54,928 bases of DNA from a virus. Taxonomy: Duplodnaviria > Caudoviricetes. Under the pieces are notes generated by a model. The model ran no database searches. It had not been told where the DNA came from and was given only the letters and a program-made list of their open reading frames with translations. Numbering within the stretch: position 1 is the first letter of the stretch; each line of letters opens with the position of its first letter. Position numbers and translations under genes: made by a program. Below, piece after piece: positions 1 to 8,381 of the stretch. The DNA lies in IMG/VR virus record IMGVR_UViG_3300043409_000503, positions 1 to 54,928 of that record. One strand, written 5' to 3'.

Positions 1-221
1 GCCTTTTCGTAGGTAGATGCGTTGTACATCTTATCAATGGACATCGGCTCACCGGTTTTTATCGTCAGCGGATTGCCTGCAAAATCTTTCCCATGTACCT
101 CAAAAAGCAAGGCTATCTTATGTTTGTATTTGGTTTCACCAACAGTAAACAAATCTAATTGCATACCGCAGTCGATAACCTGGTAGCAGCGTGCTAGGTG
201 CATGCCGACTGGCACTTCGAT
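1..221. repeat. Terminal direct repeat, left copy (circular overlap with 54708-54928)
   Basis: 221 bp identical to the window end except positions 96 (T vs C at 54803) and 105 (A vs C at 54812). Confidence 0.97.
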
Positions 222-266
222 GAACTTATTTTGTTTGTCTGGATTAGATGTAAGTGTAAGACCCAT
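1..266 (-). CDS. 5' part of SSB-like protein gene spanning the circular junction (MGLTLTSNPDKQNKFIEVPVGMHLARCY...)
   Basis: ATG at 266 with AAGGAAG RBS; reads in frame into the 54335-54922 ORF across the repeat; full protein 212 aa. Confidence 0.8.
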   Translation of the reverse strand, partial: MGLTLTSNPDKQNKFIEVPVGMHLARCYQVIDCGMQLDLFTVGETKYKHKIALLFEVHGKDFAGNPLTIKTGEPMSIDKMYNASTYEK

Positions 267-420
267 GATTTTCTTCCTTTAGGTTTGGTTTCTTTAAGCC
301 ACATTCGGCATAGATAATTTCCCAGTCTTCTTTTCCTGCGTACCCGTTCGTTGCTTTAGTTAGCGCCTCTTCGAGTCTTTCTTGCCGCTCTAGCATCATC
401 TGATGCATCTCTGCGTCCAT
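244..420 (-). CDS. Hypothetical protein, 58 aa (MDAEMHQMMLERQERLEEAL...)
   Basis: Manual translation; GGGAG RBS; first gene after leftward promoter. Confidence 0.7.
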   Translation of the reverse strand: MDAEMHQMMLERQERLEEALTKATNGYAGKEDWEIIYAECGLKKPNLKEENHGSYTYI

Positions 421-451
421 CACGTCTCCCTGGTCGGTGGTAAGAGATCGT

Positions 452-480
452 AATTTATCATGTTTAACTTAAAAGTACAA
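452..480 (-). promoter_or_regulatory. Leftward sigma70-like promoter
   Basis: Minus strand TTGTAC-17 bp-TAAATT with extended -10 TG. Confidence 0.55.
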
Positions 481-485
481 TACGC

Positions 486-515
486 TTGACCGATGAAAAT
501 AAACAGGTGTAATAT
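486..515 (+). promoter_or_regulatory. Rightward sigma70-like promoter
   Basis: TTGACC-18 bp-TAATAT upstream of AGGAG RBS and Cro-like gene. Confidence 0.55.
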
Positions 516-542
516 CGGCTTAAACAAACAAGGAGAACCCGC

Positions 543-743
543 ATGACGCTTGCAGAATACTTCCAAACTAAACCTAGAGGCTCAAAGGTTGCGATGGCCA
601 AGAAGCTTGGTATTAGTAAGAACTGGCTGAGCCAGATCATTAGCTGGGCTAAGCTTCCGAGCCCTGAGATCTCTGTGCAGATCGAGCACCTGACCGAGGG
701 TAGCGTGCAGCGCCACGAGTTACGTCCTGACCTGTTCCTATGA
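543..743 (+). CDS. Cro/YdaS-like HTH transcriptional regulator
   Basis: HTH (MAKKLGISKNWLSQ) and C-terminal ELRPDLF typical of Cro/YdaS family. Confidence 0.85.
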   Translation: MTLAEYFQTKPRGSKVAMAKKLGISKNWLSQIISWAKLPSPEISVQIEHLTEGSVQRHELRPDLFL

Positions 744-1354
744 ACACGTACAAGTTCCCAGTGCAGGCCTATCTGATTCAGACAGCCCGTCTACAGGGCG
801 CTGAGGATTTAACCTACCGTCGCCTGCTCGACGTGTATTACATGACGGAGAAGCCGTTGACCTTAGACGTTGACCTGCTGGCCGGTAAGGTCGGGATGGA
901 CCTTGACGTGGTCGAGATGGTCTTAGGCGAGTTCTTCACCAAGGAGGACGACGGCTACCACCACGCGGACTGCGATAAGCAGGTTGCTGGCTATAAGCAT
1001 CGGGTCAATATCAACCGAGCTGCTGCACCGCTGGGCGGTCTAGTAAGATCCGGCAAGGCACCCTTAAAGGCTAAACCTGTGGATAAGCCTGTGGATAAGA
1101 ACCCTTGTGAGCGCTTCCAGGACTTCTGGGATGCATGGCCACCGAACGACAGGAAGGTTGCCCGTAAGCAGTGCGAGGATAAGTGGAGGACGCATAACCT
1201 GGACCTGGAAGGTGCCAAGATTGTGAACCACGTCATACAGATGAAGAGCTCCGAGGATTGGGTGCGGGGATTTATACCGGCGCCGTTGGTTTACCTGAAT
1301 CAAAAGCGCTGGGAGGCTGCTGTTGTGATCGGCGCTAAGAGGCGCATCCTATGA
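740..1354 (+). CDS. Replication initiator, DUF1376/YdaU-like
   Basis: N-terminal YRRLLDVYYMTEKPL; C-terminal FQDFWDAWP...PLVYLNQKRWE; position after Cro. Confidence 0.8.
   Translation: MNTYKFPVQAYLIQTARLQGAEDLTYRRLLDVYYMTEKPLTLDVDLLAGKVGMDLDVVEMVLGEFFTKEDDGYHHADCDKQVAGYKHRVNINRAAAPLGGLVRSGKAPLKAKPVDKPVDKNPCERFQDFWDAWPPNDRKVARKQCEDKWRTHNLDLEGAKIVNHVIQMKSSEDWVRGFIPAPLVYLNQKRWEAAVVIGAKRRIL
1076..1099. promoter_or_regulatory. Tandem perfect DnaA boxes; candidate origin inside the initiator gene
   Basis: CCTGTGGATAAG x2; TGTGGATAA at 1078-1086 and 1090-1098 is the reverse complement of TTATCCACA. Confidence 0.6.
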
Positions 1355-1779
1355 GTAAGCTTGAGGCCTTACTAGGGCGCCTGGAGAAGGTCAAGGGGCG
1401 TAACGGTAGCTTCGTTGCCTGCTGCCCTCATCACGCCGATAAGAGCCCGTCCCTGGCCATTAAAGAGAACCCAGACGGTCGGATCCTTTTGCACTGCTTT
1501 GCCGGGTGCTCCGCGGCCGAGGTTGTTGGATCTATCGGGATGGAGCTCGGCGATCTGTTCCCTGAGGATGCGCAGCGGGAGCGGATCGGGCATCGTGGGC
1601 AGCCGACGAAACCTAGATTCTACGCAACAGATCTGTTGAAGATTATTAACTTTGAGGCGCTAGTTGTTTCTATTGCTGCTGCGGATATGTCTAAGGGCAA
1701 GCCCTTGTCTGACGTTGACAGGCAGCGGTTGTCTTTAGCTGCGGATCGGATTCGGGAGGCGGCTACCTATGCAGGATAG
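1351..1779 (+). CDS. Primase-type zinc-finger protein (no TOPRIM domain)
   Basis: CPHHADKSPSL...LLHCFAGC CHC2-like Zn-binding motif. Confidence 0.8.
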   Translation: MSKLEALLGRLEKVKGRNGSFVACCPHHADKSPSLAIKENPDGRILLHCFAGCSAAEVVGSIGMELGDLFPEDAQRERIGHRGQPTKPRFYATDLLKIINFEALVVSIAAADMSKGKPLSDVDRQRLSLAADRIREAATYAG

Positions 1780-2782
1780 TTCCTCGTCCCTGATGGCCCG
1801 TGCGGCTGCGTTTGATGACTTCAGGCGTAACCAGGTAATCCATTCAAGCCAGGTGGACGTAGAGAAGTACCTTGACGCGCCGGACCTGTCTACGCACGTT
1901 AAAACCGCCCAGGAGGTGATTGACGAGATCTGGGAAGAGGTACTGTCCCCGATACAGGTAGACCACAGCTACACGATGCCCTGGCTGAAGACGCATATGT
2001 CGTTCCGGTTCCGGCCAGGCGAGGTGACGCTTTACGCAGGGTCTAACGGTGGGGGTAAGTCTCTGATCACTGGCCAGATCGCTATGCATCTGATGAAGCA
2101 GAACCGAAAGATTTGTATTGCTTCGTTTGAGATGAAGCCGAAGCGAACTATCTACCGGATGCTGCGGCAGTTCGCCGGGGTCAACATTGACGAGCCTGGC
2201 TTCACAAGCCGTGACAAGGTAATAGCGAAGGTCCTAGAGCGTTACGAGTCCTTCGTTAAGGACCGGCTGTACTTGTACGATCAGCAGGGTACGACCACAG
2301 CCAAGCAGGTTATTGCGATGGCTAGATACTCGGTGACTGAGCTCGGCATTACAGACATTTTCGTGGATTCGCTCATGAAATGCGTTCCAGCGGAGGATGA
2401 CTATAACGCCCAGAAGTACTTCGTCGATAACCTGACGGCCTTAGCGCGGGACTTAAATGTGCATGTTCATTTGATCCACCATATTAAGAAGCTGCAGTCT
2501 GAGGAGGTTGCCCCGAACAAGTTTGACATCAAGGGCTCCGGCGCCATTGGGGACCAGGTGGATAACGTCCTGTTAGTGTTCCGCAATAAAAAGAAGGAGC
2601 ACAAGCGGCAGCAGGGTCTGCTTGTTGACGAGTCGGAGCATGACGTGCTGTTGATGTGCGAGAAGCAACGGAACGGGGAAGGGGAGGACTGGTTCGGCCT
2701 TCACTACCATAAGGCAAGCCAACAATTTGTGGAGGCGGCAGACAGCGTGCCGATGTCGTTTGATGACAAGGGAAATTTCTGA
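1769..2782 (+). CDS. DnaB/T7 gp4-like replicative helicase
   Basis: Walker A GSNGGGKS, SFEM, IFVDSL, IKGSGAI, KQRNG motifs. Confidence 0.9.
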   Translation: MQDSSSSLMARAAAFDDFRRNQVIHSSQVDVEKYLDAPDLSTHVKTAQEVIDEIWEEVLSPIQVDHSYTMPWLKTHMSFRFRPGEVTLYAGSNGGGKSLITGQIAMHLMKQNRKICIASFEMKPKRTIYRMLRQFAGVNIDEPGFTSRDKVIAKVLERYESFVKDRLYLYDQQGTTTAKQVIAMARYSVTELGITDIFVDSLMKCVPAEDDYNAQKYFVDNLTALARDLNVHVHLIHHIKKLQSEEVAPNKFDIKGSGAIGDQVDNVLLVFRNKKKEHKRQQGLLVDESEHDVLLMCEKQRNGEGEDWFGLHYHKASQQFVEAADSVPMSFDDKGNF

Positions 2783-2999
2783 GGAAGAGCACAAGTACCG
2801 GTGCCTAGTCCGCTGGGTCATCAAGTACCGAATGGAGAACCGGGACGCGGCGCACAAGTGGTTGCGTGGCGGGGTAGATGAAAAGAATATTTATCGCAAG
2901 GGTTGGATGGAGGTACGTCCTGATTCACCGCTAGAGAAGGACGTAATTAATCAATGGAAGTTAGGTAACCGAGGGGAATACGATCAATGGAAAGTTTAA
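2763..2999 (+). CDS. Hypothetical protein
   Basis: ORF overlapping helicase end; ATG 2763 more plausible than 2727. Confidence 0.6.
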   Translation: MTREISEEEHKYRCLVRWVIKYRMENRDAAHKWLRGGVDEKNIYRKGWMEVRPDSPLEKDVINQWKLGNRGEYDQWKV

Positions 3000-3283
3000 G
3001 AGATAAGGTACAACTTGCCGCAGAGGTTGCACTTGAAATTTACGAAGAAGTTATTGATCAACTGCCTGACTTATTGGGAGAGGTTCCGCAGGAAGTTTAT
3101 GATGGTTGTCTGTTACTAATTGGGCAGCGTTTGTCAGCGCATGCCGTAGCAGACGCAATAATAAATGCAGATATGAACGCTGCAATTTTAATACATAAGA
3201 TGTCATCGGATCAGGTGATGGAAATGGCACACGAAATGGCGGCTGAGTCGGTTATATCAAAGGCAATGGGAGAACAAGAATGA
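2987..3283 (+). CDS. Hypothetical protein
   Basis: Coupled ORF with GGGG RBS. Confidence 0.65.
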   Translation: MESLRDKVQLAAEVALEIYEEVIDQLPDLLGEVPQEVYDGCLLLIGQRLSAHAVADAIINADMNAAILIHKMSSDQVMEMAHEMAAESVISKAMGEQE

Positions 3284-3528
3284 GTGAGATGAGCGCGTTT
3301 CAACGTAGGTTTTTAAACCGGGCCGAGGCTGTTGATCTGTTCACGCAGGAGGAGTTCGATAAGGAGCTAGAGCTTGCTAAGCAAGAGATCTTGCAAATGG
3401 CCATCATCGTTACTGGAGAGGCGATTTCGATAGAGCGGGAGATCTGCGCAAAGATAGCTGAGAAGTTTGACCCAGCAGCCGCTGAAGCTATACGTAACCA
3501 TGTAGACAAGCCAGATGTTGAGCATTGA
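3280..3528 (+). CDS. Hypothetical protein (EREICAKIAE motif)
   Basis: ATGA overlap, GGGAG RBS. Confidence 0.7.
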   Translation: MSEMSAFQRRFLNRAEAVDLFTQEEFDKELELAKQEILQMAIIVTGEAISIEREICAKIAEKFDPAAAEAIRNHVDKPDVEH

Positions 3529-3862
3529 GCTGCCCTGGCCACCGTCGGTCAATAGTTACTGGCGAACCTTTCAGGGGCGCATGCTGATTAGCAAGGATGG
3601 CCGGAACTACCGTAAGGCGGTCCAAGACGCTGTGACCTTGAACCTGGCTAACAAGCACTGGGAGGGGCAGTTGAAGGTGACGGTGGAGGCGTTCAGGCCA
3701 GATAATCGTAAGAGGGACCTTGATAATCTGCTCAAGGCAATCTTAGATGGGCTGGCGCATGGCGGTGTTTACCTCGACGACTCGCAGATAGTAGACCTCA
3801 GGATTTACTGGGCGCCGGAAAAGGGTGGGAAAGTGATCGTATCAATTGAGGAAATCAAATGA
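3515..3862 (+). CDS. rusA: RusA family Holliday junction resolvase
   Basis: LPWPPSVNSYW, RDLDNLLKAILDGL, DDSQIV motifs. Confidence 0.93.
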   Translation: MLSIELPWPPSVNSYWRTFQGRMLISKDGRNYRKAVQDAVTLNLANKHWEGQLKVTVEAFRPDNRKRDLDNLLKAILDGLAHGGVYLDDSQIVDLRIYWAPEKGGKVIVSIEEIK

Positions 3863-4062
3863 AAAAGAAAGCATGGGGGCTCAAAACAAAGCATGGGTCC
3901 TTTATAAATAGACCGCCTACGCATCATTGGGAAGCCGAGCGGGTGCTGTTGTTTCGTACTCGCAAGCAGGCCAAGTCGTATTTAGAGAACGATCAGTACT
4001 GGGAAGGTAGGGCTGCACCGGTTCGGGTTACTTATGAAGTAATGGAGATAGAAGATGAATGA
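3859..4062 (+). CDS. Hypothetical protein
   Basis: ATGA overlap, GAGG RBS. Confidence 0.65.
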   Translation: MKKKAWGLKTKHGSFINRPPTHHWEAERVLLFRTRKQAKSYLENDQYWEGRAAPVRVTYEVMEIEDE

Positions 4063-4225
4063 TACTGACCTGCTTGATTTTTATGCTGGGCTTGCTCTGG
4101 TTGGGTTAATAACGAAGCACGGGTCAAACTTTGGCCAGACGTGGTTTGCAGAGGCTGCATTTTTACAGGCCTCAATGATGCTTGAAGAAAGAAAAAAACA
4201 TGTAGGTGTATCTGATGGCGATTAA
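4055..4225 (+). CDS. Hypothetical protein, 56 aa (MNDTDLLDFYAGLAL...)
   Basis: Manual translation; GGAG RBS; fills gap in operon. Confidence 0.65.
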   Translation: MNDTDLLDFYAGLALVGLITKHGSNFGQTWFAEAAFLQASMMLEERKKHVGVSDGD

Positions 4226-4240
4226 ACATAGGGGATAAAA

Positions 4241-4627
4241 ATGAAGCCGTTAACTAACGCTTGGGACGATGAGGAAGTGCCTGAAGACACGGACGATATG
4301 CTTAGTCGAGATCCGCACAAAATGGTGGACTTTATTTTCGTCAACCGAGGAAAGCTTGCAGAGGCTGTTGGAGCGCGTGGGTATCTTGAGAACTTCCTTA
4401 AATCAAAGAAGGCCTTGTTAATGAAAGCCAGCGGAGAATCGACCATTGGGGCACAAGAGAGGGAGGCCTATGCGCATCCTGATTACATTGCCCTATTTAA
4501 GGCGATTGAAGAGGCCAAGGTGCTTGAGGAGACGTTGCGGTGGGGGATGACTGGGGCTCAGATGCGGGTAGAGATCTGGCGCACTGAGCAGGCAAATTAC
4601 AGGGCTGAAGGCAAGATTACATTGTGA
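4241..4627 (+). CDS. Helical phage protein (REAYAHPDY motif)
   Basis: GGGG RBS; amphipathic helical sequence. Confidence 0.75.
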   Translation: MKPLTNAWDDEEVPEDTDDMLSRDPHKMVDFIFVNRGKLAEAVGARGYLENFLKSKKALLMKASGESTIGAQEREAYAHPDYIALFKAIEEAKVLEETLRWGMTGAQMRVEIWRTEQANYRAEGKITL

Positions 4628-4821
4628 TTAAACTTGGGGACTGGGTGATGATCTGTGAGACGGGTGACAAGGGAGTTGTCATTGCTGCGATGGATCAGAA
4701 CGAGCGGTTTGTCGTCCAGATTCCTCCAACAGCGAAGTGGTTGCACGTAAAGCAGGTCCATGTGGGCATTGAGAAGGTACGAAAGATCAAGCCGATCTTA
4801 CAGATGAAGTTATTTTTTTAA
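4624..4821 (+). CDS. Hypothetical protein (SH3/KOW-like)
   Basis: GTGA overlap; small beta-rich sequence. Confidence 0.6.
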   Translation: MIKLGDWVMICETGDKGVVIAAMDQNERFVVQIPPTAKWLHVKQVHVGIEKVRKIKPILQMKLFF

Positions 4822-4834
4822 TATTGGAGGTTTT

Positions 4835-5050
4835 ATGAAACGTGATCGTTTATCTATTGTTGCAGACATCCGGCCAGCACAACGTGCGGAAGACGAGTTT
4901 AAGACCACGTGGGGACGCGTCTGGACGCACGGCTCAGATGTGATGGGTACCTGGCGTAAACAGCTCGTCAACGGTAAGCCCTGGGTGCCGCCAAGCGAGG
5001 TGCGGGATGATTTCCTGTTTAAGCAGAACAGAGAGAAGCCAAGCAAATGA
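4835..5050 (+). CDS. Hypothetical protein
   Basis: GGAGG RBS. Confidence 0.7.
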   Translation: MKRDRLSIVADIRPAQRAEDEFKTTWGRVWTHGSDVMGTWRKQLVNGKPWVPPSEVRDDFLFKQNREKPSK

Positions 5051-5151
5051 CCTCACTATCCATTGTGTTGTTAGTTGCCGGGTTTTTTATCGGCGTGGCG
5101 GCAGCGGTTGCCGCGGTGGGCTTTGTTCTGTATTGCTTCAGTGAACAATAA
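5047..5151 (+). CDS. Small membrane peptide, 34 aa (MTSLSIVLLVAGFFIGVAAAVAAVGFVLYCFSEQ)
   Basis: Manual translation; ATGA overlap; single hydrophobic helix. Confidence 0.5.
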   Translation: MTSLSIVLLVAGFFIGVAAAVAAVGFVLYCFSEQ

Positions 5152-5425
5152 GCTCAACGCGGCAGAGCGCAGGCACCTGCAGCGGGTCAAGAGCCTACCT
5201 TGCTCCGTCTGTAATGCGCCGCCACCGAGCAGCGCTCATCACGTCAAGCAGGGGCTGCAGTACACGACTGTGGCCCTCTGCTACGACTGCCACCAGGGCT
5301 CTCTAATGGGCTGGCATGGGCAGAAGCGTGCCTGGGCAATCCGCAAGGTAGATCAGCTCGATGCGCTTAACGTTACCATTCAGAGGCTTATAGAGAACAC
5401 CTATCAGGTTGAGGATAGCAATTAA
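5141..5425 (+). CDS. Ref/DUF968-like HNH-type nuclease
   Basis: LPCSVC...AHH...ALCYDCH pattern; GTG start at 5141. Confidence 0.75.
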   Translation: MNNKLNAAERRHLQRVKSLPCSVCNAPPPSSAHHVKQGLQYTTVALCYDCHQGSLMGWHGQKRAWAIRKVDQLDALNVTIQRLIENTYQVEDSN

Positions 5426-5456
5426 AAAGAATTAGGTCGGTAGGTGTATAAATCTC

Positions 5457-5531
5457 TTGTGTGTTTGTTTAATTCCGAATTACACTACGTCTGTAGTCCA
5501 GTGATTCACAACCCACAGGAGACCGACCATG
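5457..5531 (+). promoter_or_regulatory. Repeated promoter/operator/RBS element, copy 1
   Basis: TTGTTTAATTC...TTACACTACGTCTGTAGT...ACAGGAGACCGACCATG; near copy at 6431-6493. Confidence 0.7.
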
Positions 5532-5825
5532 AACAATGACCTGAACACCAACAAAATTGACAAACTCGGCGCTTTGCTTGCAGAGATCGCTGACTTGACT
5601 GCCGAGGCGAACCTTATTAAAGAGGGCCTCAAGGACATAGCAACGGCCCCAGGCTCTACCGAAAAGGTATTTGAGGGTGCGCTGTTCAAAGCTACCTTTA
5701 GCGAGACTAACCGCGGCAACGTTAACTACAAGAAGCTTTTCACCGCCCTCGGCATCAGCTCTGAGGTTATTGCTAAGTATACGGAAACTACCGCTGTGTT
5801 TAGCATCAAGGTAGGGGCACGCTAA
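5529..5825 (+). CDS. Hypothetical protein
   Basis: AGGAG RBS, follows repeated promoter. Confidence 0.8.
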   Translation: MNNDLNTNKIDKLGALLAEIADLTAEANLIKEGLKDIATAPGSTEKVFEGALFKATFSETNRGNVNYKKLFTALGISSEVIAKYTETTAVFSIKVGAR

Positions 5826-6232
5826 TGAAATTCCAAGAAACTTTTTGCAGCCAGTGCGGTCAGGGCTTCGGCCCTGGCGACGGCGGCTACTCGTCGTGCA
5901 AGTCGCACGCCCCTAAGCATCAGCACAATTGGGCGGCCTACAGCCGTATGGCTCGTGGTGCCCTTGGTTTGTCCCAGGCTGAGGTAGCGCAGGCGTTAGG
6001 GGTTACCAGGGTTACGATTATTAGGCTGGAGACTGGGCGTAGTCCGGTTAAGGCTTTGTTAGTGAACACGCTCATTGATTTTTATACCTCACAGGGCGTT
6101 TCATCAAATATACAAAAGCACCCCTCCCTTTTGTCTGGACAATATGTCACGGTTGGTATCTATTTAAATTCAAAAGGTGGGGGGGTTTTTGTATCGCCAC
6201 TGAAAGCTAATCCATTAAGGGGGAAGAAATGA
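5825..6232 (+). CDS. XRE-family HTH protein with N-terminal Cys/His cluster
   Basis: LGLSQAEVAQALGVTRVTIIRLETG; CSQC...CKSH. Confidence 0.8.
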   Translation: MKFQETFCSQCGQGFGPGDGGYSSCKSHAPKHQHNWAAYSRMARGALGLSQAEVAQALGVTRVTIIRLETGRSPVKALLVNTLIDFYTSQGVSSNIQKHPSLLSGQYVTVGIYLNSKGGGVFVSPLKANPLRGKK

Positions 6233-6438
6233 AAGTCGGACAGCACGTCAAGTTCAACAAGAAGTTGCCACGCTTAGCCCACTGCCGGGGGTTTATCACA
6301 GCAATCGACGGCATGATCGTCAAGATGCACTGGTACGAAGGGGCCGAGGACGGTCCAATGCATACCCTACTGGAGCACTTAGAACTGGCAGGTAAAGCGC
6401 CTCAAAAAATAGTAAATAAAGATAGCCTAATTGTTTAA
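6229..6438 (+). CDS. Hypothetical protein
   Basis: ATGA overlap, AGGGG RBS. Confidence 0.65.
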   Translation: MKVGQHVKFNKKLPRLAHCRGFITAIDGMIVKMHWYEGAEDGPMHTLLEHLELAGKAPQKIVNKDSLIV

Positions 6439-6493
6439 TTCGATGTTACACTACGTATGTAGTACTTCATAACAGACAGGAGAACCGACCATG
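6431..6493 (+). promoter_or_regulatory. Repeated promoter/operator/RBS element, copy 2
   Basis: TTGTTTAATTC...TTACACTACGTATGTAGT...ACAGGAGAACCGACCATG. Confidence 0.7.
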
Positions 6494-6754
6494 AAACAGC
6501 ATCCTTACCTAGAGTACTTTGTCCGCGGCGCCTGGGGCGACATCGAGTGCTTAGTCAACGTTACCCACTTCCATCATCAACCTGCGGACCGTAGTTGCAC
6601 AGACAGCGACATGGACTACCGCGGCTTCACCGAAGTCGAATTCGGTTTGCTGCACCTTGATGGCACGCCGGCGCCTGAGCTGGAAGAGCTGATGGATATC
6701 AAGAAAGTTGCGGATATCGAAGAGATGATTATTGCTAACCTTTGGGAGAACTAA
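6491..6754 (+). CDS. Hypothetical protein
   Basis: AGGAG RBS. Confidence 0.75.
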   Translation: MKQHPYLEYFVRGAWGDIECLVNVTHFHHQPADRSCTDSDMDYRGFTEVEFGLLHLDGTPAPELEELMDIKKVADIEEMIIANLWEN

Positions 6755-6755
6755 G

Positions 6756-6953
6756 ATGCTGGCTTACTGCGATTACATTATTACTATCATTAAGACTAAC
6801 CTGCTGCCGCACGACGACCTGGCGCACATCGATACGGTTGGCCCGGTTAACTACGACCTGGGCCCGAACGGGGAGTTCCTGGGCACCGCTAAGACGCTGG
6901 AAGTGACGGACATGAACGGCAAACGTTACCTGATCACAGTGGAGGAGCTATGA
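6756..6953 (+). CDS. Hypothetical protein
   Basis: ATG 6756 with GGGAG RBS. Confidence 0.7.
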   Translation: MLAYCDYIITIIKTNLLPHDDLAHIDTVGPVNYDLGPNGEFLGTAKTLEVTDMNGKRYLITVEEL

Positions 6954-7135
6954 GCATTAGCCCGGACGATGTCTATAAGAAGGCTATACAGCTCGGCTTT
7001 AATCCAGAGACCGACGAGATCCGCTTAGGGCGCCTTCTAGCCCTTTCGCAGTCGTTCTATCACCAAGGGTTTATGGAGGGCGTAGAGAGCCTTAAAACGG
7101 CCTTAGAACACGCCAGGACAGGGGAGGCAGTATGA
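6950..7135 (+). CDS. Hypothetical protein
   Basis: ATGA overlap, GGAGG RBS. Confidence 0.7.
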   Translation: MSISPDDVYKKAIQLGFNPETDEIRLGRLLALSQSFYHQGFMEGVESLKTALEHARTGEAV

Positions 7136-7359
7136 AACGCGTAACGTTAGAGGACGCGCCTGCTGAGTACAGCCTAGAGCAGGCAACGATCTGGCTGGAG
7201 GCCTACAACCAGGGATTTGAGGTCGGTGTTGAGGTTGAGCGGGATGATTGTGCGCGGATGGCTGACCATTACTTTGACTACGCCCCGAGTAAGCAGATGC
7301 GCGTTGCTTACGGGAACCTTGCTGACGCCATTCGTGGGAGAGATCATGACAACCTGTAA
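7132..7359 (+). CDS. Hypothetical protein (ERDDCARMA motif)
   Basis: ATGA overlap, GGAGG RBS. Confidence 0.7.
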   Translation: MKRVTLEDAPAEYSLEQATIWLEAYNQGFEVGVEVERDDCARMADHYFDYAPSKQMRVAYGNLADAIRGRDHDNL

Positions 7360-7597
7360 CGATATGCACATCCGCGGTTTAGAGTTATTAATTGAATCGC
7401 TCGACAAACAAATTGAAGATGATTCCGAAAAAAACGGGGTGCATCACGACGCCATCCGAGTGGTATTACGGCATATTTATGATAAGGAAGGCATCGCCGT
7501 TATTAGAATGTTAAGCGATAAAATTCAGAAGGAAGTAGATAACGTCCCTTTTGCAGATTGGCTCATGCATTTTTTATATGACTTTGAATATGACTGA
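7346..7597 (+). CDS. Hypothetical protein
   Basis: ATG 7346 with GGGAG RBS. Confidence 0.65.
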   Translation: MTTCNDMHIRGLELLIESLDKQIEDDSEKNGVHHDAIRVVLRHIYDKEGIAVIRMLSDKIQKEVDNVPFADWLMHFLYDFEYD

Positions 7598-7760
7598 CAT
7601 TATCCAACTAGCAATTGATGCCAGCGTTAAAGCTGAGCGTGAGGCCTGCGCGAAGCTATGCGAGGCCCTAGCTAAATGGCATAGCGAGACGGTAGCGGCG
7701 GCCTTTGAGTCTGCTGCTGAGGCAATCAGAATGAGGGGGGATAAGAATGACGCGAAATAA
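7590..7760 (+). CDS. Hypothetical protein (AEREACAKLCE motif)
   Basis: Overlapping ORF; motif shared with 7747 ORF. Confidence 0.7.
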   Translation: MTDIIQLAIDASVKAEREACAKLCEALAKWHSETVAAAFESAAEAIRMRGDKNDAK

Positions 7761-8139
7761 TATTGTTAAGTGGGCCCAGGACGCTGGGGTTATGCCGCTA
7801 GGCTGCGACGCGACAGAGGATCAATGGCAATCACTAGAGTTGTTTACAGCGTTAGTCTTAACAGCAGAGCGCCGGCGTCAAGCTCATGGTGCGGCATATT
7901 GGACTGCTTATGAGTATGACGTTGCCGCAGAAGAGCGCGAGGAATGTGCGAAGTTGTGTTTTCAAATGTGGAACAAATGGTTGGACTCTGAAGATAAAAG
8001 TGATTTTAGGCCGCCCGATGCAGAGGATTGTGCCGCAGCTATCCGCGCAAGAGGGGTGGCCATGACGCAAGATGAGAAAGATGTTCTTCAGAATGCCCTT
8101 GACGAGGCTATGGTTGAGATAAGGGGAAGGAACTCATGA
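7747..8139 (+). CDS. Hypothetical protein (EEREECAKLC...AAAIRARG)
   Basis: GAGGGG RBS. Confidence 0.7.
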   Translation: MTRNNIVKWAQDAGVMPLGCDATEDQWQSLELFTALVLTAERRRQAHGAAYWTAYEYDVAAEEREECAKLCFQMWNKWLDSEDKSDFRPPDAEDCAAAIRARGVAMTQDEKDVLQNALDEAMVEIRGRNS

Positions 8140-8381
8140 CTGACAAAGAAGTAATGCAGGCAGCACTAGCGCAGCCTGAACGAGCAGAATGTGACGGCGG
8201 GCAGTGTGGTATTGGCGGGTATTGTAAGCAGTGTCCAAAGACGCAGCTTAAACGCGAATGGCAGGGGCTGACCGATGAGGAATACGAAGCAATGGCAGAG
8301 CAGTATGTAACTAACTGCTATTTCGATACATTGGAATACGCAAAAGCCATCGAAGCAAAGCTAAAGGAGAAGAACACATGA
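8136..8381 (+). CDS. Hypothetical cassette protein (WQGLTDEE...IEAKLKEKNT)
   Basis: ATGA overlap; shared C-terminal module. Confidence 0.75.
   Translation: MTDKEVMQAALAQPERAECDGGQCGIGGYCKQCPKTQLKREWQGLTDEEYEAMAEQYVTNCYFDTLEYAKAIEAKLKEKNT

Noticed and set aside
1-221. Physical T7-like direct terminal repeat
   Set aside because: The repeat falls mid-gene and has mismatches; it is more simply an assembly overlap of a circularly permuted genome.
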